Notes under the pieces: generated by a model
Told to the model about the DNA's origin: nothing
The model's database searches: none
Seen by the model: only the letters and a program-made list of their open reading frames with translations
Shown here: positions 29,114 through 37,854 of the stretch, one piece after another
Layout of the letters: the number at the start of each line of letters is the position of its first letter
Numbering within the stretch: position 1 is the first letter of the stretch
Assembly: GCA_947478005.1 (NCBI GenBank)
Contig: CANJVG010000003.1
Location: 6,696-70,695 of the forward strand
DNA from: Bacteroidota bacterium
Lineage (GTDB): Bacteria > Bacteroidota > Bacteroidia > Chitinophagales > LD1
Length of the DNA stretch: 64,000 bases
Direction: 5' to 3'
Position numbers and translations under genes: made by a program

Positions 29114-29710
29114 ATGATAGCGTACCTAAGCGGTAAAATTACTTTCAAAAGCCCTACCCATATTTTTCTGGAAACAGGAGGTATTGGCTACATGGTTAAA
29201 ATAAGCCTGAACACCTACGAGCGTATTCAACATCTGGAAAGTTGTCAGTTACACACCTCGTTAATTGTAAAAATCGAAAACCAATCGGTAAGCGGTTTCG
29301 ACCTCTACGGCTTTTTTGATGAAACCGAAAAAGATTTATTTGAGAAATTAATTTCAGTTTCAGGTGTTGGCGCAGCCACTGCACGCGTAATGCTGTCTTC
29401 TTTCAAACCCGATGAAATAAAAAATGCCATTCTTTCTGAGAACGAAGTGATGATCCAAAGCATCAAGGGCATTGGGCCAAAATCGGCCAAACGAATCATT
29501 CTGGAACTGAAAGACAAGGTTGGAAAAATGGCGGGCGATACAATTTTGTTAGCCACTCCGAACAATACAATGAAGGAGGACGCGTTATTTGCGCTCCTTG
29601 CTCTTGGTTTCAATAAGCAGGCGGCCGAAAAGGTAATTGCGAAACTGCAAAGCAGCAGTAGCAGCTGGACGGTAGAAGGATTAATTAAAGAAGCATTAAA
29701 ACTGTTGTAA
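29114..29710 (+). CDS. ruvA: Holliday junction branch migration protein RuvA
   Basis: MIAYLSG, LYGF, LISVSGVG and IKGIGPKSAKRIILELKDK motifs. Confidence 0.97.
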   Translation: MIAYLSGKITFKSPTHIFLETGGIGYMVKISLNTYERIQHLESCQLHTSLIVKIENQSVSGFDLYGFFDETEKDLFEKLISVSGVGAATARVMLSSFKPDEIKNAILSENEVMIQSIKGIGPKSAKRIILELKDKVGKMAGDTILLATPNNTMKEDALFALLALGFNKQAAEKVIAKLQSSSSSWTVEGLIKEALKLL

Positions 29711-29717
29711 GAAGCGA

Positions 29718-32700
29718 GTGAAGGTTAGGCAAAAAATATTCAGTAGTGTTATAGCGGTTTCGTGCGTGGGCATTTTATACATGTCCAATGCTGAAAAGAA
29801 CATTTCCCGGTTCCGCTATTTGCTTCCCGAAATTCCCGCACCGCTCATCGAGCCCGATTCTCCTTCCCTGAAATATCCCATCAAAGATCGGGAAGGTGAT
29901 TTTGTAACCGATAAATCGAAGGACCCTTTTTATTTGAAAGACCCTCCTGTCATTAAGCAGGATGTGGAGTACGACCCAAAATCGGGAATGTATGTGGTAA
30001 CCGAGAAAGTAGGGGGGCAGAATATCAAGCCGCCCATGTACATGACCTATGACGATTACCTCAAGTACACCGAAAAGCAGGAACGCGAGGCATACATTAA
30101 AGACCGTCAGCAGGCCATCAACTTAGTAGAAGATAAAAGTATTGTTCCGCCTATCCAGGTCAAGAAACAATTCTTCGACAAATTGTTCGGAGGTAGTAAA
30201 ATCGAAATTAAGCCACAGGGAAATGTCGATATGACCCTTGGTGGCAACACACAAACAACGGCCAATCCAAATATTCCTATTCGAAACAGAAAGACCGGAG
30301 GCTTCGATTTTGATATGAACATCAACATCAACGTCATTGGAAAAATCGGAGATAAGCTTCAGTTAGGAGTAAAATACAACACTCAGTCAGGCTTTGATTT
30401 CGACAATCAGGTTAAGCTCGGCTACACCGGTGACGAAGATGACATCATCAAAGTAATTGAAGCGGGTAATGTTTCACTTCCCCTGCAAACCCGATTGATT
30501 TCCGGTAGCCAGACTTTATTTGGATTAAAAACTCAATTACAGTTCGGAAGACTTACATGGACCACCGTTATTTCCCAACAGAAATCGAAGAAGGAAACAA
30601 TGCTCATCGAAAACGGAGCACAAAAACAAAATTTCGAAATCCGTTCAGACCAATATGAGGAAAACAAACACTTTTTCTTAGCCCAGTATTTCCGCAACAC
30701 TTACGACCAGGCACTATCGGCCCTACCAAACATAAAATCAGTAGTAAACATAACCCGAATTGAAGTTTGGGCAACCAACCGAAATGGAACTACGCAAAAT
30801 GTGCGTGATGTAGTTGGCTTTAACGACTTAGGAGAATTCGCACCCTACTCCACCTCCATTCAACCCATTGGATTCGATACAAAGCCCGATCAAAATTCTA
30901 ATAACCTATACGGACGACTTGTTGGCAGCCCAACCACACGTTTTGTAAACAACGTAGTAGCCGATTTGCAGGGAAATCTTCAGCTTCAGCAAGGACAGGA
31001 TTTTGAAAAAACCTATGCCCGTAAGTTGAACGACAACGAGTATATCGTCAATAAACAGTTAGGGTATATCTCGCTAAACTCACAACTCAATCCAAATGAA
31101 GTTCTCGCGGTTGCTTTTCAATATGAATACAACGGTGCCGTTTTTCAGGTCGGTGAATTCGGTAGTCAGGTACCGCCAGATTCCAACTCCACTTCAAAAG
31201 TTCTCTATCTCAAATTGTTGAAAGGAACAACCGTGCGTCCGGCACTACCTATCTGGAATTTGATGATGAAAAACATTTACTCCCTTGGAGCCTACAATGT
31301 GAGTAATGAAGATTTCAGATTAGATGTGTACTACAACGACCCGGGCAGCGGGCCTAAACGCTATATGCCCAAAGGCTGTTTGCAAGGCAAACCGCTCATC
31401 AGCGTTTTAAACCTCGACAATCTGAACATGAACAACGACCCTCAACCGGACGGCTTGTTTGACTTTGTGCCCGGAACAACCATTATCACACAAAACGGGC
31501 GCTTGATTTTTCCGGTTGTAGAGCCCTTCGGAAATAATTTAAGAACTGCCTTTACAAGTTGTGGAAGCCCCCCAACACTGATTAACCAGTATGTCTACGA
31601 CCAACTTTACGATTCAACAAAATTTATCGCGCAACAGTTTCCTGAGTATAACCGCTTTGTAATAAAGGGCCAATATAAAGGAGCCAACAATCGTGAAATT
31701 TCTCTCGGTGCCGGAAATGTTCCCCGGGGCTCTGTCGTAGTTACAGCCGGAGGGCAAAAGTTGGTAGAGGGTTCAGATTTTACTGTTGATTATAATCTCG
31801 GCAGGGTTACGGTTATCAATCAGGGAATTCTCAATTCTGGCCAGCAGATAAAAGTAGATTACGAAAACAATAATCTTTTTGCTACCCAGGTTCGTTCCAT
31901 GTATGGTACGAGGTTGGATTATCGCATCAGTAGCAAATTCAATATTGGCGCTACGGTCATGCATCTTTCCGAAAGACCGTTTACACAAAAAGTAAATGTA
32001 GGCGATGACCCTATCAGCAACACCATCATGGGGGCCGATATAAAATATGAAACCAATGCACCTTGGTTGACCAAAGCCCTAGACAAACTCCCGATTTACG
32101 CGACCAAAGAAATGTCCACCATTTCAACCTATGCCGAAATGGCCTACTTAAAACCTGGCCATTCAAAAGCTATCAACGGAGCCGACAAACAAGGACAGGT
32201 TTACGTAGATGACTTTGAAGGAACAAGCAGCGGCTATGATTTAAAAACACCTTCTACAAGTTGGAAACTCGCCTCTACTCCGCGCAACTCTACCGATGCA
32301 AGTGGCCGCGTTATGTTTCCGGAAGCCAGTTTGATAAACGATGAACGTTATGGATACAACCGCGCTAAGATTGCCTGGTATCGTATCGACAATTCTTTTT
32401 TTAATTCGAATAATTCTCCCGGTGTTGTTTATAACAACCCAGATACAAAGACCAATATCAAAAGCCATTATGTTCGCTTAATTCCTACTCAGGAAGTTTT
32501 CCCTAACCGTCCAAACCAAACGCTCGACCAAAACATTTACACGTTCGACCTTTCCTTTTTTCCTCGTGATAGAGGTCCTTACAATTATGAGTGGAACAAT
32601 AATCCAACAGTCGGAATTTCTCAGGGTATTAATAATGACGGTAGCTTAAAATCACCCCAAACTCGTTGGGCTGGTGTAATGCGCAGTATCGACAATAATG

Positions 32701-35700
32701 ATTTGGAAGCGCAGAACGTAGAGTATATCGAGTTCTGGATGATGGACCCGTTCCTCTACAATGTAAATCCTGCGGGCGGAAAATTGTTTTTCAACCTCGG
32801 AAATATTTCAGAAGACATTTTGCGCGATTCGCGTATGAGTTACGAAAATGGAATTTATGCCGATACCAGTTTACTTGACCGGACTTCGTGGGGACGTGTT
32901 CCAAAACAACCGGCACTTGTAGATGCCTTTGATGTGGATCAAAATTTACGAGCGCAACAGGATGTCGGCTTTGATGGCATGGGTGATGCTGAAGAAAGAG
33001 ATAGAAAATCTATCTTCTTAAACAATGTGCAGGCAAGCGTAAATGCGTCCGTATTCACCAAATTGCAAAATGACCCCTCCAGCGATAATTACCAATATTT
33101 TAAAGACGAAAATATCTATGGTAACGAGCCAAGTATTTTAAAGCGCTACGAAGGCTTTTGCGGAATTGAAGGAAACTCACCGGTGCAAACCAATAGCGTT
33201 TCCTCCACTGCCCAAACCAACTTGCCCGATAAGGAAGATTTAAATAAAGACAACACACTAAACGAAAACGAAGAGTACTTTCAATACGAAGTTGACCTTA
33301 CGCGAAACACAATGGATGTAGGCCAGAATCCTTACATCATTTCAAAGGTTGATGGACAAACAGACGCAAATGGCGTGCAGGCTCATTGGTATCAATTCAG
33401 AATACCAATAAAGGAATACGCTTCTCGGGTAGGTCAAATCCCCGATTTTAAATCCATTCAATTCATGCGTATGTTCATGACCGGTTGGCAGGATACCAAT
33501 GTGGTTCTACGTTTTGCCACCTTAGAGTTGAGAAGAAATCAATGGCGCACCTACAATCTCAATATCAACGACCCTTGCGATGGGCTTGGAACCGATTTGC
33601 CGGGCTCAAGCTTAAATGTGGCCTCGGTAGGCATTGAAGAACATAGCGCAAAAACTCCGGTGAATTATGTATTGCCTCCAGACATTGAAAGAACACAGGC
33701 ACTCGGTTCACAAACCAATCAGTTCGTTCAACAGAACGAGCAGTCGCTTGCCCTTAAAGTTTGCGACCTGAAAGATTGTTCCAGAAGAGCGGTCTTCAAA
33801 AACATTACCCTCGATGTCAGAAGATACAAGCGCTTGAAAATGTACATTCATGCCAATAACATAGATGGGCAAATCGGAGTTAAAGACAGCGATGTAACGG
33901 CCTTTATCCGTGTAGGCTCTGACTTTAAAGATAACTACTACGAATATGAGGTGCCGCTCAAAATTACCGCAGCCGGCAAATACGACAACAATAGCACTAC
34001 CGACCGTCAAATTGTTTGGCCTTCAGAAAACTCCATCGACCTGGTATTGCAGGATTTCATTGCACTGAAAGAAAAGAGAAACTTAATTCCGGGTTGGAAC
34101 CGCACAAATGTTTATACCGAAAAAGTCGATGGACGATTGCGAAGTATAGTCGGCAACCCCGACATTGGTTCCATCAAAACAATAATGTTAGGTATCCATA
34201 ACCCTACCAAAGGCGACCCAAACAATCCTCTTGGTGGAGATGGTGATGATGGCCGCGAAAAATGTGTCGAAGTTTGGTTCGATGAATTGCGCGTTTCCGG
34301 TTTCGAAGAAAGCGGAGGGGCCGCTGCACTTGCTACCGTCAATGTGAAGTTAGCCGACTTGGGTAACATAAGCTTAGGTGGAAGCATGCACACCAAGGGC
34401 TTCGGGCAAGTCGAGCAAAAAATCGACCAGCGCTATAAAGACAATTTGTATAAGTATGATTTCGCCACCAATATTGAGGCAGGCAAACTTTTACCCGAAA
34501 AGGCCGGAATCAGAATTCCTTTTTATGCCAACTATTCCCAACAATTCAGCACTCCCGAATTCGACCCATATCAGTTCGATATTCCAACCAAGGACTACAT
34601 GAAAGCTTTGAGGGAAGTGGTAGGGAAAGATTCCGCCCGTCATTATTTGCGGCAAATCCAAACCATCAACACCACGCGCGGTTACAACTTCAGCAATGTG
34701 CGCGTTGTGCCGCAAACCAAAGCGAAGAAACCACACATCTATGACCCCGGCAATTTCAATTTTACCTACGCTTATCGCGAACAATTACTGAGCGACCCTT
34801 ATGTCGAAAAGAACTCCAAGAAAAACTGGTCGGGTATAATAGGCTGGAGCTTTGCGCCTCAATCAAAAGACTTCGCGCCTTTCAAAAAACTCATTCGCAC
34901 AAAATCAAAGTGGGCAGACATTATCAAAGATTTCAGCTTTAATCCTATGCCTTCCACCATGTCGTTCACCACCGATTTAAATCGCGATTTCACCGAAATA
35001 AAACTGCGTTCTTTGGGCGAAGTTGATTTTGCCATTCCGCCAACCTACAGCAAAAATTTCCGTTGGAACCGCAGCTACGTCTTCAAATACAATCCGTTCA
35101 AATCCCTTAGTATAGATTACAGTGCTACCGACAACGCGCGTATTGATGAACCTTACGGCCACATCGATACCAAGGAAAAGAAACAGGAAGTTTGGAGCAA
35201 CATTGGCAATGGAGGACGTAACACCAACTACAATCAGCAGTTGGCCGTCAACTATACAATCCCTATAAACAAATTGCCCATTTTCGATTTCATAACCGCT
35301 ACAGTCGGTTATGCGGCTACCTATAATTGGACGGCCTTGCCTTGGCAAAAAGATTCAGCCAGTGGCAAATTAGTGCAGAACTCCTTGGGCAACATTATTA
35401 ATAACACCCAAAACGACCGCGGCAAAGTAGACCTGAACTTCAAAAAGCTTTATGACAAAGTTCCCTTCCTCAAAGCCTACAACGCACCAAATCCGAATGC
35501 AGGTGATAAAAAAGAAAATGATAAAAAGCGCGAAGCGATAAAAAAAGCACGCGCAAAAATCAAAGAAGAAATTGTAAAGCTGAAAGAGAAAAAAGTGACC
35601 TTGACAGCAGAGCTAGACAAAGCAAAAGACGAATTGAAAAACGATACCGTTAAGCAGAACAAACAGAAACTGGATATTGCCAAGGCAAAAGAAGAACTCA

Positions 35701-37388
35701 AACAGAATCGCGCGGCCATCAAGGGCAAAAGAGGCGAACTGATGAAAACCTTTGCAAAAGAAAAACGCAAAACAGCGAAAGATGAATTGGCTGCTTTAAA
35801 AGCAACGCGCATCAAGCTGAAAGAAGATTTAAAAACAGCAAAGAAGGGAAGGGAAATCGTAAAAATAAAGAAAGAACTTACTGCCGTTAAAAACAACACC
35901 ATTCTTAAGAAAACTGATTTAGACAATAAGCAACCTCCGCCAAATTCCCTTATTTCTATAGTGCTTCGCCCTTTGCTCTCGTTGAAAAAAGTGACGATTG
36001 AATACAAAGAAAACAAATCAACCACCTTGCCAGGCTTCACGGGTTACTCGCGCTTGTTAGGGGTCGACTACAAAACAAAATCTCCCGATTATGGTTTCGC
36101 CTTCGGCAATCAACCAGGCGACCGTCTGTTCAACAAAAAAGCAGATGATTTCAGTCGCGATAGTTGGTTAGATAAAGCGGCTGCCAGTGGATGGATTACA
36201 AAAGACACCTTGCTCAATCAGAAGTTCACACAAATGCGCTCGCAGCGAATAGACGCTACCGCTACATTAGAACCTTGGCCCGATTTAAAAATCGACTTGA
36301 CCCTATTTAGCGACCACTCCGTAAATCATTCCGAATACGCCAAGTATATCAATGATGCCAGCGGCAATCCGGTCTTCTCCCATCTCAACCCAACCGAAAC
36401 GGGCTCTTACAGCATTTCCTATTTACCGGCCAAGACCATGTTCGCCAAAATTGAAAAAGACGGTAACTCAGAAATCTATACACAATTTGAAAAGAATCGC
36501 GAAATAATTTCGAAACGATTGGGAACCGGCTCCTATATCAATCCAAGCGACTCAAGTCATACTCCTAACAATTCATACACCGAAGGTTATGGTCCCAAAT
36601 CGCAGGATGTCCTCATTCCCGCTTTCCTCGCGGCTTACAATGGTAAAGATGCAAGCAAAGTGGGCTTGAATCCGTTCAAAGCATTCCCTATGCCCAACTG
36701 GAGAATCTCCTACAATGGTTTAAGCAAGTTCAAATGGGCGCAGAATATCTTCACCAATTTCACCATCACCCACGGCTACAACTCTACACTTACTATCAAT
36801 AGCTTTTCAACCAACTTAGATTACACCCAAAGCGTACGCAACTCGGGCTCCAACCATACCGACACGCTCAACGGCAACTACTTCCCTCTTTACAACATGC
36901 CAAGCATTGTTCTCAACGAGCAACTCTCGCCATTGTTAGGGGTTGACATGACGTTCAAAAACAATGTAACCTGCAAGGTTGACTACAAACAAAGCCGCAC
37001 TCAAACCATGAACTTTGCCGATTATCAATTGGTCGAAATGCAATCAAAACAATTGACTGTAGGCGCTGGCTATAAAATAAAAGGACTTAAGCTGCCGATA
37101 AAAATCAAAGGCAAAAAAATCCGCCTCGACAATGATTTGAATTTCAAATTCGATTTCAGCTACCGCGACAATGTAACCATCAATCACCGAATCGACCAGG
37201 GCGTTCCGCAAATCACCTCCGGCTCGCGCACCATCACTATTCAACCATCCATAGATTACGTGGTGAGCAAGCGCCTAAACATCCGTCTCTTCTTCGACCA
37301 AACGCGTACTATCCCTAAAATCTCCTCGGGTTTCCCGACTACCAATACCCGTGGGGGAATTACCCTGCGTTTCTCGCTGGCTGATTAA
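29718..37388 (+). CDS. sprA: Type IX secretion system translocon SprA
   Basis: 2556 aa; FGGSKIEIKPQG, IEAGNVSLPL, NVEYIEFWMMDPF, NLGNISEDILRD, VWFDELR; follows ruvA as is common in Bacteroidota. Confidence 0.96.
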   Translation: MKVRQKIFSSVIAVSCVGILYMSNAEKNISRFRYLLPEIPAPLIEPDSPSLKYPIKDREGDFVTDKSKDPFYLKDPPVIKQDVEYDPKSGMYVVTEKVGGQNIKPPMYMTYDDYLKYTEKQEREAYIKDRQQAINLVEDKSIVPPIQVKKQFFDKLFGGSKIEIKPQGNVDMTLGGNTQTTANPNIPIRNRKTGGFDFDMNININVIGKIGDKLQLGVKYNTQSGFDFDNQVKLGYTGDEDDIIKVIEAGNVSLPLQTRLISGSQTLFGLKTQLQFGRLTWTTVISQQKSKKETMLIENGAQKQNFEIRSDQYEENKHFFLAQYFRNTYDQALSALPNIKSVVNITRIEVWATNRNGTTQNVRDVVGFNDLGEFAPYSTSIQPIGFDTKPDQNSNNLYGRLVGSPTTRFVNNVVADLQGNLQLQQGQDFEKTYARKLNDNEYIVNKQLGYISLNSQLNPNEVLAVAFQYEYNGAVFQVGEFGSQVPPDSNSTSKVLYLKLLKGTTVRPALPIWNLMMKNIYSLGAYNVSNEDFRLDVYYNDPGSGPKRYMPKGCLQGKPLISVLNLDNLNMNNDPQPDGLFDFVPGTTIITQNGRLIFPVVEPFGNNLRTAFTSCGSPPTLINQYVYDQLYDSTKFIAQQFPEYNRFVIKGQYKGANNREISLGAGNVPRGSVVVTAGGQKLVEGSDFTVDYNLGRVTVINQGILNSGQQIKVDYENNNLFATQVRSMYGTRLDYRISSKFNIGATVMHLSERPFTQKVNVGDDPISNTIMGADIKYETNAPWLTKALDKLPIYATKEMSTISTYAEMAYLKPGHSKAINGADKQGQVYVDDFEGTSSGYDLKTPSTSWKLASTPRNSTDASGRVMFPEASLINDERYGYNRAKIAWYRIDNSFFNSNNSPGVVYNNPDTKTNIKSHYVRLIPTQEVFPNRPNQTLDQNIYTFDLSFFPRDRGPYNYEWNNNPTVGISQGINNDGSLKSPQTRWAGVMRSIDNNDLEAQNVEYIEFWMMDPFLYNVNPAGGKLFFNLGNISEDILRDSRMSYENGIYADTSLLDRTSWGRVPKQPALVDAFDVDQNLRAQQDVGFDGMGDAEERDRKSIFLNNVQASVNASVFTKLQNDPSSDNYQYFKDENIYGNEPSILKRYEGFCGIEGNSPVQTNSVSSTAQTNLPDKEDLNKDNTLNENEEYFQYEVDLTRNTMDVGQNPYIISKVDGQTDANGVQAHWYQFRIPIKEYASRVGQIPDFKSIQFMRMFMTGWQDTNVVLRFATLELRRNQWRTYNLNINDPCDGLGTDLPGSSLNVASVGIEEHSAKTPVNYVLPPDIERTQALGSQTNQFVQQNEQSLALKVCDLKDCSRRAVFKNITLDVRRYKRLKMYIHANNIDGQIGVKDSDVTAFIRVGSDFKDNYYEYEVPLKITAAGKYDNNSTTDRQIVWPSENSIDLVLQDFIALKEKRNLIPGWNRTNVYTEKVDGRLRSIVGNPDIGSIKTIMLGIHNPTKGDPNNPLGGDGDDGREKCVEVWFDELRVSGFEESGGAAALATVNVKLADLGNISLGGSMHTKGFGQVEQKIDQRYKDNLYKYDFATNIEAGKLLPEKAGIRIPFYANYSQQFSTPEFDPYQFDIPTKDYMKALREVVGKDSARHYLRQIQTINTTRGYNFSNVRVVPQTKAKKPHIYDPGNFNFTYAYREQLLSDPYVEKNSKKNWSGIIGWSFAPQSKDFAPFKKLIRTKSKWADIIKDFSFNPMPSTMSFTTDLNRDFTEIKLRSLGEVDFAIPPTYSKNFRWNRSYVFKYNPFKSLSIDYSATDNARIDEPYGHIDTKEKKQEVWSNIGNGGRNTNYNQQLAVNYTIPINKLPIFDFITATVGYAATYNWTALPWQKDSASGKLVQNSLGNIINNTQNDRGKVDLNFKKLYDKVPFLKAYNAPNPNAGDKKENDKKREAIKKARAKIKEEIVKLKEKKVTLTAELDKAKDELKNDTVKQNKQKLDIAKAKEELKQNRAAIKGKRGELMKTFAKEKRKTAKDELAALKATRIKLKEDLKTAKKGREIVKIKKELTAVKNNTILKKTDLDNKQPPPNSLISIVLRPLLSLKKVTIEYKENKSTTLPGFTGYSRLLGVDYKTKSPDYGFAFGNQPGDRLFNKKADDFSRDSWLDKAAASGWITKDTLLNQKFTQMRSQRIDATATLEPWPDLKIDLTLFSDHSVNHSEYAKYINDASGNPVFSHLNPTETGSYSISYLPAKTMFAKIEKDGNSEIYTQFEKNREIISKRLGTGSYINPSDSSHTPNNSYTEGYGPKSQDVLIPAFLAAYNGKDASKVGLNPFKAFPMPNWRISYNGLSKFKWAQNIFTNFTITHGYNSTLTINSFSTNLDYTQSVRNSGSNHTDTLNGNYFPLYNMPSIVLNEQLSPLLGVDMTFKNNVTCKVDYKQSRTQTMNFADYQLVEMQSKQLTVGAGYKIKGLKLPIKIKGKKIRLDNDLNFKFDFSYRDNVTINHRIDQGVPQITSGSRTITIQPSIDYVVSKRLNIRLFFDQTRTIPKISSGFPTTNTRGGITLRFSLAD

Positions 37389-37414
37389 TTTTTTGGCAAC
37401 TTTTTTCGAAACAA

Positions 37415-37718
37415 TTCGAGCGTTTAATGCCTCTTTCGAACCGCTAAATGCCGATTTCGGAGTGCTATTTCTTTGCTTTGGGGAGAGATTAAGCGGCTTT
37501 GAAGCGGTACGAAGCTATCTTTTTGCCCTGTAAAGAAAGAACTTAGCCCCCCAAAACAAAAACCCAGCACCCCGAAGCTAAAACTTAGTCGCCCAAAGAC
37601 GCAATCTAGCACTACAAAGACGCAAATTAGTCAAGTAAAGACGCATTGCAGCACTACGAAGACGCTTTGCAGGGGTGCGAAGCCACGTTGCAGGGGGTAA
37701 AAATGCCTTTTTAGCACT
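37415..37718. repeat. Array B: 21-nt-period degenerate tandem array with two inverted arms
   Basis: Right arm RAAR at 37532, 37553, 37574, 37595, 37616, 37637, 37658, 37679, 37700; left arm TTYG at 37435, 37456, 37477, 37498; left TTCGGAGTGCTA is the reverse complement of a right-type unit (cf. CAGCACCCCGAA, TAGCACTACAAA). Confidence 0.85.
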
Positions 37719-37854
37719 TTTTTGCGGTTTTTGCCCAAAACAAGATTCAGTCTATTTTCTTCTACCCAAATGGTTAAAGAATCAAAACTGTATAAATTTC
37801 AATCAACATAAATTCGTAGAAAAGTCGTTAGTAGAATAGAACCCCACAAACCAA

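Noticed and set aside
35477-36040. 187-aa antisense ORF within sprA
   Set aside because: Phe/Ser/Leu-rich shadow of the Lys/Glu-rich sense segment.
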